DNA of 64,000 nucleotides from an uncultured Pseudomonadota bacterium (GCA_902762295.1 CACWNX010000001.1:596094-660093); one strand, 5' to 3'. Positions 29,072 through 39,030 are shown, counted from the stretch's first letter. Notes: generated by a model from the letters alone, not told the origin. Numbers and translations: made by a program.

Positions 29072-30541
29072 CTACTTCATAATCGGAAATAATATAACAT
29101 CGCGCAATGTTGGTTGGTCAAAGACAATCGCGGCCAGACGGTCAATCCCCATTCCAACACCCGAAATCGGTGGAAATCCATGTTCCATTGCGCGAACAAA
29201 ATCGTTGTCGGGGTTGAATGCCTCTTGTTCGCCACCCTCTATGCTTTTTGCCTGGTCTTCAAAGGCTTTGGCTTGTTGAATCGGGTTTACCAATTCGGAA
29301 TATCCCTTGCACAGTTCACCCCCGGCGACCAATAATTGGTACATATCTAAACGGCGATCATCTTCGTTGTTATGCCGTGCCAATGGTACCATATATGTTG
29401 GATAGTTGTACAGGATTGTTGGCTGGACAATACTATCACGGATTTTCCGCTTGTACACATAGTCCACCAATGTCGCCAGCGATTTTAAATCTTCCAGTTC
29501 ATCCGCCGGGAACATACCTTCGTCAACCAATTTTTGGCGCAACACATCAACATCGTCAAAGTCTAAAATATTGCATCCGAACAATTCGTTCATCTTTGCG
29601 GTATAGTCAATCATTTCGTAACTTGAAAAATCCAGTTTGGTTCCCTGGTATTCAATTTGCAATGTTCCGCGTGCCTTCATAATCAGTTCTTGAACCATTG
29701 CCCATGTGAAATCTATATTGCGTTTATAGTCCCAATATGCCGCATACCATTCAATCATGGTAAATTCTTGCAGGTGCATCGCATCCATACCTTCGTTGCG
29801 GAAATCCTTTGCCACTTCGTAGACACGATCAAAACCCGCCCCAATCGCCATTTTTAAAAACAGTTCCGGTGAAATACGCAACTGGAAATCGGTGTCCAGT
29901 GCGTTATGATGTGTCGTAAACGGCCGTGCCGCCGCGCCCGATGCGATATTTTGCATAATCGGTGTTTCAATTTCCAAAAATCCATGATTGTTCATAAAAT
30001 CACGCAGATTTTGTGTCATTTGAAACCGCCCCAGTAATGCCGCGCGCGCATCTGGGTTTGATATGATATCCAGATAACGTTGACGATAGCGCGTTTCCAT
30101 ATCGGTCAGTCCATGAAACTTTTCCGGCAATGGACGCAAAGCCTTGGCCAGTATTTCATATGCCGACACACGCACGGTCAATTCGCCGGCGGTCGTGTGA
30201 TACAGTTCGCCAGTAATCCCGATAAAGTCGCCCATATCAACATTAGTCTTCATAAATTTATAGTTTTCTTCGCCTAATTCTTCACGCGACATTGAAAACT
30301 GAATTTCGCCGTTTATATCGTAAATGCGTCCAAACATCAGTTTACCCAACCAACGCAATGCCGTCACACGACCGCAAAGTTTTACCGCCGTTCCATCTGG
30401 CAAATCGCGTGATTCGGCGATTGTATGTGTGCGATCAAATTTATCTTTCCATACAACGCCATCGCGTGCGCGAATGTTTTCCGCCTTTTGCAGACGCGCG
30501 GTTAATTCGTTTGTGGACATAGTGTTGTTCTGTTCTGACAT
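29072..30541 (-). CDS. lysS: lysyl-tRNA synthetase, class II
   Basis: N-terminal OB-fold anticodon-binding domain; class II motifs 1-3 (e.g. ...GFLEIETPIMQ..., ...FRNEGMDAMHLQEFTMIEWY..., ...GVGMGIDRLAAI...). Confidence 0.9.
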   Translation of the reverse strand: MSEQNNTMSTNELTARLQKAENIRARDGVVWKDKFDRTHTIAESRDLPDGTAVKLCGRVTALRWLGKLMFGRIYDINGEIQFSMSREELGEENYKFMKTNVDMGDFIGITGELYHTTAGELTVRVSAYEILAKALRPLPEKFHGLTDMETRYRQRYLDIISNPDARAALLGRFQMTQNLRDFMNNHGFLEIETPIMQNIASGAAARPFTTHHNALDTDFQLRISPELFLKMAIGAGFDRVYEVAKDFRNEGMDAMHLQEFTMIEWYAAYWDYKRNIDFTWAMVQELIMKARGTLQIEYQGTKLDFSSYEMIDYTAKMNELFGCNILDFDDVDVLRQKLVDEGMFPADELEDLKSLATLVDYVYKRKIRDSIVQPTILYNYPTYMVPLARHNNEDDRRLDMYQLLVAGGELCKGYSELVNPIQQAKAFEDQAKSIEGGEQEAFNPDNDFVRAMEHGFPPISGVGMGIDRLAAIVFDQPTLRDVILFPIMK

Positions 30542-30809
30542 ACATTTTCCCTTTTGGTTTAAAAAAACGGGGCACCGTGAAAGTGCGCCCGTAAATTACT
30601 TTATGGTCGCACCGTTATAACAAAGATTTCTTGCCATTTGTACGCATTTTATTTTCCCGCTGTGTTAACCACAACATGGGCATTATGCAGTGTTTTATAT
30701 TAAATGTCAAAGTAATTATTTAAAAAAATACGAAAAAACTTACTGGAAATCATTTTTATGTATGAATACAATCCAGTCCATAAATTACGAAAGGAAAAGA
30801 GAAAAAGAG

Positions 30810-30989
30810 ATGGTAAAGACCGTGTACCCACCCGTCTTTGATAAAGAATCGGGCAAGTGGATACTGCGAATTTTGAATACGAATGGATATTTACAAATTG
30901 TTGAATTTGTAAATCGCCAATCCTTGGAAAACTATCGTGATGAAATGATGGCGTTCCAACGCAATTTGCATCCGGAATTATCGCGCTAG
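30810..30989 (+). CDS. small hypothetical protein (59 aa)
   Basis: AAGGAAAAGAGAAAAAGAG purine-rich SD immediately upstream of ATG 30810. The ORF-track version starts further upstream at 30690. Confidence 0.35.
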   Translation: MVKTVYPPVFDKESGKWILRILNTNGYLQIVEFVNRQSLENYRDEMMAFQRNLHPELSR

Positions 30990-32233
30990 GCGCGTTTCAC
31001 ACCGGTGGCATGTACGGTTTGTGGTGCATGTGATTTTCCATGAATTTTTGATGTCGCCGTTTTATATACCTGACGTTTCATTTCATTGCGGAATGCGATA
31101 AAGTCCGCCGTTTTGTTATCCTGGGTAATATCTGATGTGCCGAATACCAGTTTATCATCATCAAAGTATTCAATTATATCTGGATTTATTCGGTTCAACA
31201 GGTTTCCAATTGTTCTATCACTGAACTTTGTTTTGCCATCGTGTGCGACCGGATTTCCCAACCATTCATCAAATGGGATCAGTGTTTCCATATTTATGAT
31301 CGGGTGTTCTTTGTCGCCACCCCAGAAAACATCTTTTTTACCGCCCATCATCTTCATAAATTCGGACAGTGTTCCCATTGGTAATTCCAAGAAACTTTTT
31401 GGATTTATGTTGCCCATTAAAACCTGGCCCTCCATCCAGCGACGCGACCATAATCCCCGACCACCAACGACATACAGCCCCAATACATTCGCAAGTTCTT
31501 TATCCGATGCGCCACTGATTGCCAATTTTCCAAAAGACCGCGGTTCGGTAATTGGGTATTTTGCAAAGCATTCACGAACCATTTCCGCCGTCACATTATT
31601 GCCATATTCTTTATACAATTTCCGCAGTGTTTCATTACGATTGCGATGGTTTTTGTTTTCGGGTTCTTCCATCAGTTTGGTTCCTGAATTATAAAATATC
31701 GATGCGAACGCGCATTGACGACCGGGGGTATCCAAACGCAGGCTATCACAGCCCACATCATAGCAATACATCATAAAATATGTTTCACGATTTTCCAGCA
31801 CATTAACCGATTCATCCCATGCGTTTTCTATTGGTATTGGTTCGGTTTTTGATGTCACTTTTTTGCCGTCGCGGGTACTGGTCATGCCGAACGCGATTGT
31901 CCATATACCGCGGGAATCTTTGTACGGAATGCAATAGTTGCCGGTTTTATCCAATTTTACCCCTTCGGTCAGCATCAGTTCCAGCATTACATACGGTGTA
32001 ACCGGATTCAGCATTTTCCGATATTCGCCATATGTCATATCTTTTTGATTTTTTTTGATATGTTTTGTATTGGTGGTTTGTTCTGTTGGGGTGGGGGACT
32101 TGTCACGTGTATCGCGTGCACCTTTGACAATTCCCTGGCCAAGTATGGCGGTTGCCGCCAATGCCAGTGTTGCATTGGTCAGTGTAGTTTTATTCAGTTT
32201 GCGTTTTTTCTGTATTATTTTCATATCTATCAC
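30986..32233 (-). CDS. secreted GH24 (phage/T4-type) lysozyme-like muramidase with ~200-aa C-terminal extension
   Basis: Signal peptide (TLTNATLALAATAILG). LMLTEGVKLDKTGNYCIPYKDSRGIWTIAFGMTS matches the GH24 catalytic E...D...G(x)WTIG(x)G pattern; later FASIFYNSG. Confidence 0.6.
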   Translation of the reverse strand: MIDMKIIQKKRKLNKTTLTNATLALAATAILGQGIVKGARDTRDKSPTPTEQTTNTKHIKKNQKDMTYGEYRKMLNPVTPYVMLELMLTEGVKLDKTGNYCIPYKDSRGIWTIAFGMTSTRDGKKVTSKTEPIPIENAWDESVNVLENRETYFMMYCYDVGCDSLRLDTPGRQCAFASIFYNSGTKLMEEPENKNHRNRNETLRKLYKEYGNNVTAEMVRECFAKYPITEPRSFGKLAISGASDKELANVLGLYVVGGRGLWSRRWMEGQVLMGNINPKSFLELPMGTLSEFMKMMGGKKDVFWGGDKEHPIINMETLIPFDEWLGNPVAHDGKTKFSDRTIGNLLNRINPDIIEYFDDDKLVFGTSDITQDNKTADFIAFRNEMKRQVYKTATSKIHGKSHAPQTVHATGVKRA

Positions 32234-32297
32234 CTTTTAGTGACATTCTATCATAAATACGCAATAAAATCAAAACCGCCCGAACGGGCGGATTTTT

Positions 32298-32684
32298 TTA
32301 ATTTTTATTCCACAGCCAGCAATTTGCATCCGTATGTGTTGCGCCGTCCGGCCATCCGGCACAGTACATTTTTGCCTGGGTAACAGCCGCAATTGCACCC
32401 GCCGTAGGAATTACATTATCATAATAGCCAGGGTCATTATAAATATCCATATCTAGTGTATCCGAATCACCTATACTCATCTTTCCAACAATACCATCGG
32501 TGGTTGTGTTGGTTAACACAGATTGAATTTCACAATTAGGGTTGTATGCTTCAATTTTATTTTGTTTTTGTTCTAGTGCATTATCAACATATGATTTAGA
32601 TGTCACGATGTTTTCACCGGTTGCAAATGATGATGATGTTATTGCGGCAAAAATGCCCGCAAATATTAGCGATTTGTTTGTCAT
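32298..32684 (-). CDS. secreted protein, family member A (conserved ATGENxVTSKSYVD N-module and CAGWPDG...THTDANCWLW C-module)
   Basis: Signal peptide, then ATGENIVTSKSYVDNA; C-terminal Cys...Cys loop. Paralog of 56248-57174. Confidence 0.6.
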   Translation of the reverse strand: MTNKSLIFAGIFAAITSSSFATGENIVTSKSYVDNALEQKQNKIEAYNPNCEIQSVLTNTTTDGIVGKMSIGDSDTLDMDIYNDPGYYDNVIPTAGAIAAVTQAKMYCAGWPDGATHTDANCWLWNKN

Positions 32685-33071
32685 TTTCCTCTCTTTTATT
32701 TTTTTGTAAAGACTAAAAATTCCTCAGTCCTATTGTCACATAAAAGGTACCTTTTTTGTGTCAATTTTTTGGCGGATTTCCGGGCGTTTCAAAATTTACT
32801 GTCAAATTTAGTTTGTAAAAACCCCAGTGTTTCTGGGCGGTTCGGTGCCAAATTTTGATTTTTAAAAACTATTTTTCCCGGTTTTCTGCACACTTCCCCG
32901 ATTCGTTCCCACCACCGAAGTGCGGTGTTTGTTCTTGGACGGTGTAATAAAGAGATCCCGGTATGCGCCGGGATGACGATTTATTCCGCCGGGATGACGG
33001 TTCGCATTATAAATATGAAATAACAAAAATGATTTCTGAAATAAAAAATCGCCCTACTGGGCGACTTTTTA

Positions 33072-33278
33072 CTAGAATCCGAAAACCATTCTTTGTTTTG
33101 ATTGACGTTTCTTTTCGTTGCGAACGGCTTCTTCTTTTAAACGTTTGCGTTTTGTTGTTGGTTTTTCATAACGCTGGCGTTCTTTCATTTCGCGGTATAA
33201 ACCCTCTTTCTGGGATTTGCGTTTTGCGACACGTAATGCCTGTTCAACATTATTATCACGAACCAGAACTTTTACCAT
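33072..33278 (-). CDS. rpsU: 30S ribosomal protein S21
   Basis: [21 protein letters not shown]...: S21 signature. GGGGG SD before ATG 33278. Hairpin terminator at 33046-33070. Confidence 0.9.
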   Translation of the reverse strand: MVKVLVRDNNVEQALRVAKRKSQKEGLYREMKERQRYEKPTTKRKRLKEEAVRNEKKRQSKQRMVFGF

Positions 33279-33323
33279 AAAGTATTCACCCCCTTTTGGC
33301 GTCAATTTATTTTTGAGAACTTG

Positions 33324-33400
33324 TGGTGGAGCTGATGGGACTCAAACCCACGACCTCCTGAATGCAAATCAGGCGCTCTAATCAACTGAGCTACAACCCC
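33324..33400 (-). tRNA. tRNA-Ala (anticodon TGC)
   Basis: Acceptor with G3:U70, anticodon loop TTTGCAT, T-loop TTTGAGT, encoded CCA. Confidence 0.9.
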
Positions 33401-33499
33401 AGAACTCTGTGACGCGTATTTTATGTGGTTTTTACGCAAAAGTCAACAAAAAAATATTTACTTTACACGCAACCGAACAATTCCTATAATTGGGGCATT

Positions 33500-35296
33500 A
33501 TGATGAAAATAATACATAAAATAAAAAATTTCTTTCGCGGCGATGCATCAAACGCACGCATTAAATGGTCACTGTATGGTCGCATATGGCGTGAAATCGG
33601 TCGTCCCCAATGGAAGTGGTTGGCACTTGGGATTATTGCAACAATCGGTGCCGCCGGTGCCGAAGGGTATTCAATCACACTGGTACAGCGTGTTGTTGAT
33701 AATGCATTCATAGATAAGAATATGCAGTCAACATATATTGTTGGGTTGCTGATTATCATGGCGTTCGGGGCCAAAGGCGCATTTAACTATGCGCGGTCGT
33801 TACTTATGGCTAAGGGCGGTTTGGCGGCCAGTGCATCATTGCAAAAACGCATATATTCGCATATGGTGCATATGGGAATTGCGGGATTCTATGGCGATGG
33901 TGTTGGAAAGCATTTGAATTATTTCTATGTTCAATCGGGCGCGGTGTTGCGTTTAGTAACGGAAAACATTTTATCACTGGTGCAACAGTTGGCAACACTG
34001 GTTATCACATTAACCCTGATGATATACTATGCACCCCAGGTATGCGCGATTCTGATTTTCTTGGTGCCGGCGATAATTGTGCCGTTGCTGATAATTATGC
34101 GTCGCCGGCGCAAACTGTCACGGCAATCATTTGGTATTGCAAACACTGTGTCCCAGCATTTAAACCAAACACTGCGCGGAATCAAAACCATTCAGGCATT
34201 TGCAAACGAAGATGTCGAAACACGCAAGTTCGCCGATGTTTTGCATCAATCTATGATAAATTCGTATAAGACGACCCAGGCCGCCGCGATTCAATCACCG
34301 TTATTGGAACTGATGATTTCAATCGGACTGTGTTTCGCATTGATTTTAGGTGGACATTTTATTGTGAATGGCGCGATTACAACCGGTGATTTTACGGCAT
34401 TCTTGCTGGCACTGATTGCGGCGTACAAACCGGCCAAGGCGATTACCGGAACCGGGGATACGGTTCAACATGGCTTACTGGCGGCAGAGGTTTTGTTTGA
34501 TTTCTTGGACACCAAACCAACAATTCGCAACAAACGCGATGCCAAGGATTTACGCGCCGTCCAACCATCGGTTGAATTCAAAAATGTTGATTTTTCATAT
34601 ATTGACGGTGAACAAGTTCTGCACGATATAAACCTGCATGTTGCCCCGGGTCAGGTTTGCGCCCTGGTCGGTCCCAGTGGTGGTGGCAAGACAACAATGT
34701 TTAACCTGATTGAACGTTTCTATGAACCAAATAATGGTTTTGTTGCGATAAACGGTACAAATATTCAGAAATATACTCTGGATTCGTTGCGTCGCAATAT
34801 TGCCGAAGTTTCCCAGGATGTATTTTTATTCAACGATACGATAGAGGCGAATATTAAATACGGTGCGCCACATGCATCGCATGACGAAGTTGTCGCGGCG
34901 GCACGCGCGGCGAATGCCGATGAATTTATTTGCGCATTGCCACATGGCTATGATTCCTGTGTCGGTGAAGGTGGTGCGTTATTGTCAGGTGGCCAGAAAC
35001 AGCGCATCGCGATTGCACGTGCAATATTGAAAAATGCACCGATATTGTTGCTGGACGAGGCGACATCCGCATTAGATACCGAGAGTGAGAAACTGATTCA
35101 ATCGGCATTAAAAGATTTGATGCAGGGACGCACGACATTTGTAATTGCGCATCGGTTGTCTACAATTCTGGATGCTGATATCATCTGTGTTATCAAGAAC
35201 GGTCACATTGTTGAACAGGGAACCGATGCTGAATTGGTCGCGATGGACGGCGAATACAAAAAACTGCGCGACATTCAATTCAAGAGCAAAAAATAG
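33500..35296 (+). CDS. ABC exporter, fused TMD-NBD (MsbA/lipid A exporter-like)
   Basis: Six-helix TMD followed by an NBD with Walker A GPSGGGKTT, signature LSGGQKQR, Walker B ILLLDEAT. Start at the MMKII ATG (33500) rather than the GTG at 33425. Confidence 0.85.
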   Translation: MMKIIHKIKNFFRGDASNARIKWSLYGRIWREIGRPQWKWLALGIIATIGAAGAEGYSITLVQRVVDNAFIDKNMQSTYIVGLLIIMAFGAKGAFNYARSLLMAKGGLAASASLQKRIYSHMVHMGIAGFYGDGVGKHLNYFYVQSGAVLRLVTENILSLVQQLATLVITLTLMIYYAPQVCAILIFLVPAIIVPLLIIMRRRRKLSRQSFGIANTVSQHLNQTLRGIKTIQAFANEDVETRKFADVLHQSMINSYKTTQAAAIQSPLLELMISIGLCFALILGGHFIVNGAITTGDFTAFLLALIAAYKPAKAITGTGDTVQHGLLAAEVLFDFLDTKPTIRNKRDAKDLRAVQPSVEFKNVDFSYIDGEQVLHDINLHVAPGQVCALVGPSGGGKTTMFNLIERFYEPNNGFVAINGTNIQKYTLDSLRRNIAEVSQDVFLFNDTIEANIKYGAPHASHDEVVAAARAANADEFICALPHGYDSCVGEGGALLSGGQKQRIAIARAILKNAPILLLDEATSALDTESEKLIQSALKDLMQGRTTFVIAHRLSTILDADIICVIKNGHIVEQGTDAELVAMDGEYKKLRDIQFKSKK

Positions 35297-35397
35297 CAAT
35301 CTTAAATTAAAAATGCTGTTTTTGTGATTTTTGCTTGATTTTTTATAAAACTGTGTCATAATTTGCCCCGAACTGCTGGAAAAAGACAGAAAGTTCT

Positions 35398-35473
35398 GGG
35401 GCTATAGCTCAGTTGGTAGAGCAAATGACTTTTAATCATTGGGTCCAGGGTTCGAGTCCCTGTGGCCCCACCA
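35398..35473 (+). tRNA. tRNA-Lys (anticodon TTT)
   Basis: Acceptor GGGGCTA/TGGCCCC, anticodon loop CTTTTAA, T-loop TTCGAGT, encoded CCA. Confidence 0.9.
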
Positions 35474-35676
35474 AAAATCAAAACCGACCTTGTGTCGGTT
35501 TTTGTTTTTTGATTGGGAAAACAAGACGAGAACCCGTGGGTTCGACACGATAGTTGGTGAAAACAAGCCTTGGCGCAGTTTGAACCTTACGAGTGGAAGG
35601 GTCCCAACACGCAGTGTTGGGATGTGCAATCCCTGTGGCCCCACCAAAAATCAAAACCGACCTTGTGTCGGTTTTT
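35458..35676. repeat. direct repeat (46 bp, copies at 35458-35503 and 35631-35676) bracketing a ~125-bp insert downstream of tRNA-Lys
   Basis: ccctgtggccccaccaaaaatcaaaaccgaccttgtgtcggttttt twice: the tRNA 3' terminus plus its terminator hairpin. The second copy is preceded by gggtcc, which matches the tRNA variable loop. Confidence 0.85.
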
Positions 35677-36385
35677 ATTTTTTATTTTCGTTTTTTATCG
35701 GTGGTGGCGCAACCTGGGTCAACATCTGGTCAAAATTCTTAGAAATTTCGGCGGTTGAATCCAGCCAATCGGTTATTTCGTCTATAATATTTCGTATATG
35801 GCGCGCAATTACGCGCCGACCACCCCCAAGGTGATGCGTGCCAACCAGTCGCGACATATCACGTGTTAGTTCCGTCATTATGCGCATTTGTTCCGGCGAA
35901 AAAACATTTTCCTTTGCGTACCCCAGAATAAGATTTTCCAGTTCTTCGTAATATTGGTGCAGTAAATTCATATTGTCCATTCGCAACGACAATTCGCGTG
36001 CAATGTGCGCCTCGGAAAGGGCGCGCATAGAATTTACAGCACCGCGTGTCAGCCGCCCACGCATCTTTATCATCTTGCGCAGAATAATCAGCGTATGCAA
36101 CATAATCGTATTGATTTTATCGGTCATGCCATTAATCAGGGTTTCTTGCAATCGTCGCGACACCCGGTTTGTCGTGTAATCGTAAAGCAAAAACACCAGC
36201 GGTATCGCCAACAATGATGCGGAAATATTGCTAATCAAACCTTCAACTGCCGGGTCCCGGACATTGTCCAATGATACCGAAAACAGAACAATTCCGCCGG
36301 CGATGGATATTGCATACGGCAAAGTTTTCAGCAAAAAATTACGAATTTTGTTTCTCATGGCATAAATTTTGCCAAAAATACCCAC
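35675..36385 (-). CDS. hypothetical membrane-anchored protein (236 aa)
   Basis: Two N-terminal TM helices, then a soluble helical region. No motif recognised. Confidence 0.45.
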   Translation of the reverse strand: MGIFGKIYAMRNKIRNFLLKTLPYAISIAGGIVLFSVSLDNVRDPAVEGLISNISASLLAIPLVFLLYDYTTNRVSRRLQETLINGMTDKINTIMLHTLIILRKMIKMRGRLTRGAVNSMRALSEAHIARELSLRMDNMNLLHQYYEELENLILGYAKENVFSPEQMRIMTELTRDMSRLVGTHHLGGGRRVIARHIRNIIDEITDWLDSTAEISKNFDQMLTQVAPPPIKNENKK

Positions 36386-36485
36386 ACCCCGCTATAAGAT
36401 AAAATCCCCGAACGCGCTTGAATTTCCCCGCATTTTGTACTATAATTATGGGTGTGTGGTGACATCAAACCAAAGGGGTCAGACA

Positions 36486-38999
36486 ATGACAATGAGTATG
36501 AAAAAATTTCTTGAAACATATTTTAAACTTGTTCGCTTGAAAGAAATGCGGTCTGATGATATCGAACGCTGGGTTCAATTTGAATCTTTGGTAAAAAAAG
36601 CCGACCTTACAAAAAACATGGCCGATTGGGTCAAGTTGTTAGAAAAGGATCCAATAACTGGTAATATTACCATAGACCCCGCGGATGGTTTCTATAAATT
36701 GATAAATTTAGACCCGAATGAATTAAGTGATAATGACTGGAAAGAATTATTTCTTAACACACAAAATGCTATGTCGGGACTGGTTGCACGACGCAAATCT
36801 TATGCAAACTTAGGTGAAGATGATATAGTAAATTTTATAGATGATAACAAAGACCGTTTTGAAAAAGCATGGGGCGACACAAAAGAGGCAACGCCAGAAA
36901 CAGAAGCGGCCATTGATTATTTAGTCAATAAACTAGATGATTTATTGAAAAAAAATCCTGATTTGTTTAGACAGCTTGGTTTATCCTATGTTAATATACA
37001 TGAACTAAAAGCTAAAGTTGCGCGTAAAGATTATAATAAAGCAGAATTTCAGAAAGAGATACGTGATATTGCGCAAAAATATACAGAATTTGTTTATGAT
37101 GATAGTAAAAAAATTGCCGGTATCGATAAAGACGCTGAAAATCTGGCTGATGAGTTTCGTGCCAATAATGTTGGATTTATCAGTAATGATTATGCCGGTT
37201 GGATTACCCCAGAGGTTGATGCTGCTAAATTGGCAGATTTTAAACTGCATTACCCAGATTTTATGCAAACATTGTATAAGAATCAAAAGGTTCTTGATGC
37301 GTTTAAACAGCACGAAGGCCAAAACAATCAGATATCTGCTGCTATTGCCGTTGCCAAAGAAAAAGTTGATTATGCAAATCCAGAATCAAAAGATTATGTC
37401 CAGCCAAAGCGTTCGGACGAACTTACGTTATTTCAACAAGTAAAGAAATACGTTGGTGATACATATGAAAATTTATTTGAAAAATATACAAAGTTACGTG
37501 GAGATAGAATATACCTTAATCCGGCAACAAAAGATGTTTGTAAAGCCATAGATAAAGCAGGCATAAAACCAACAGATGGATTAGGAAAAATTGTTGAAAC
37601 CGCATCAAACATAAAAGCAAATTTAAAAGGCAAACATAATGCCAGCGCTGCGTTTGAATGGTTAGAATCAACACTTAACGATTTTAAAAATGATTTAAAT
37701 ATGGCAAAATCTTTTGCAGGCGCTTTAAAGAACGGACGTCAAATGAAAAATTTGATCGCGGAACTTATTATGAAAGCCGCCAAGGATGCGCAAGATCCAA
37801 AAAACGGGAAAACAAAAGAAGATGTTATAAAAAATGTCAAAATTGCTATGGAGGTTTTATCCATCATTAAATATGCCAACACAACAAGCAAAATTATGGG
37901 TGCAATTAAAGACGACAAAGAATTATTCAACTTTATGTCAAACAAGGACTTGTCGTGGAATAAAAATGCGGGCGTACAGTTCGTAACAAGCGCGCTAGAT
38001 AAAAGTGTCCGTGCCGCTTTCATTGGTATTGGTTATGGTGCAACTTTACTAACAAATACTATCAGAAAATCTGGAAGTAAATTTAATCAGAAATTCAAAA
38101 ACAAAGGCATGAAAAATTCTTACAAGACATGGAACACAAAAAACACCGCATACAAAGGTGAGCTTAATACGCGAGTGGCTGCAGATGCCGCCGGCACTTC
38201 GGCGGATGCGATGAATCGCGATGCAAATGTTATGAGAAAAGGCGCTGCTTTGGTTGGGTTGGGTGTTGCCGGTGGTGGCGCGGCGGATGTTGAATTAAAA
38301 CAAAAAGAGTTAGATACTACGGGGCGTCAAGATGAATTAAAGGCTCAGTATGCACTTGAACCATATGAACAATTATTACAACAATTACAACAAGTCCTTG
38401 ATATCAAGAAAAAATTAGAACCGATTGAGGCACAAGAAGCCGCCCTGCGAGCGGCTGTAATGGCAGCAGGACCAGATAAAGACGTAAAAGTTGCAGAATT
38501 AACAGCATTGTTAAATTCAAAAAAAAGTCTTGTGGAACAATTGGAAAATTTCAGGGATGTTATTGATTTAGGAATTGTTGGTCTTGGCGTCGTAGATATT
38601 GATGCAGTTACTGTTGCTGATATTGAAGCAATAATGGATCATATTCAGAATGTTGATCCCGGTTATCAGAATGCTGTGTTAGATTATGAATTAATCAGTC
38701 AAGAAAACGCAGAAAAGCAACAACATATAAATGATTTTCGCAAAGCGACAGAAGAAATAAAAAATTCACAAGCAAGTATGGATCGTCGTGCAAAAGAATT
38801 AGCAGATTGGGATAAAAAACACATTGATGTATACAATGAATTAATGGCGTATTGGGATTTCTTGGAAACTGGGCGCGATTCTCATACAGGAAAGTTATAT
38901 AGCTGGCGTCCGGGTAATGCCGAAAACAAACAAAAACCTATGCGTGCCGATGCATTAGCTAAGTTTGCTGCATTCCGCAGTGGATACCATGCGGCGTAA
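36486..38999 (+). CDS. large hypothetical protein (~838 aa) with extensive coiled-coil/Lys-rich regions and a Gly/Ala-rich hydrophobic segment
   Basis: AAAGGGG SD before ATG 36486 (MTMSMKKFLE...). Heptad-rich segments (ELKAQYALEPYEQLLQQLQQVLDIKKKLEPIEAQEAALRAAV). GAALVGLGVAGGGAA segment. No enzymatic motif. Confidence 0.6.
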   Translation: MTMSMKKFLETYFKLVRLKEMRSDDIERWVQFESLVKKADLTKNMADWVKLLEKDPITGNITIDPADGFYKLINLDPNELSDNDWKELFLNTQNAMSGLVARRKSYANLGEDDIVNFIDDNKDRFEKAWGDTKEATPETEAAIDYLVNKLDDLLKKNPDLFRQLGLSYVNIHELKAKVARKDYNKAEFQKEIRDIAQKYTEFVYDDSKKIAGIDKDAENLADEFRANNVGFISNDYAGWITPEVDAAKLADFKLHYPDFMQTLYKNQKVLDAFKQHEGQNNQISAAIAVAKEKVDYANPESKDYVQPKRSDELTLFQQVKKYVGDTYENLFEKYTKLRGDRIYLNPATKDVCKAIDKAGIKPTDGLGKIVETASNIKANLKGKHNASAAFEWLESTLNDFKNDLNMAKSFAGALKNGRQMKNLIAELIMKAAKDAQDPKNGKTKEDVIKNVKIAMEVLSIIKYANTTSKIMGAIKDDKELFNFMSNKDLSWNKNAGVQFVTSALDKSVRAAFIGIGYGATLLTNTIRKSGSKFNQKFKNKGMKNSYKTWNTKNTAYKGELNTRVAADAAGTSADAMNRDANVMRKGAALVGLGVAGGGAADVELKQKELDTTGRQDELKAQYALEPYEQLLQQLQQVLDIKKKLEPIEAQEAALRAAVMAAGPDKDVKVAELTALLNSKKSLVEQLENFRDVIDLGIVGLGVVDIDAVTVADIEAIMDHIQNVDPGYQNAVLDYELISQENAEKQQHINDFRKATEEIKNSQASMDRRAKELADWDKKHIDVYNELMAYWDFLETGRDSHTGKLYSWRPGNAENKQKPMRADALAKFAAFRSGYHAA

Positions 39000-39002
39000 A
39001 CA

Positions 39003-39030
39003 TTTCCCCACAGCATGTGGGGATTTTTGT
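39003..39030 (+). terminator. intrinsic terminator
   Basis: ttccccacagcatgtggggattttt: hairpin plus T-run. Confidence 0.6.

Noticed and set aside
32963-33280. 105-aa plus-strand ORF overlapping rpsU
   Set aside because: It is antisense to the highly conserved S21 gene and has no RBS.
35439-35834. ORFs 35439-35834 (+) and 35570-35758 (+) spanning the tRNA-Lys repeat region
   Set aside because: They start inside the tRNA-Lys gene and run through the duplicated tRNA 3' end and terminator hairpins; they are non-coding repeat DNA.
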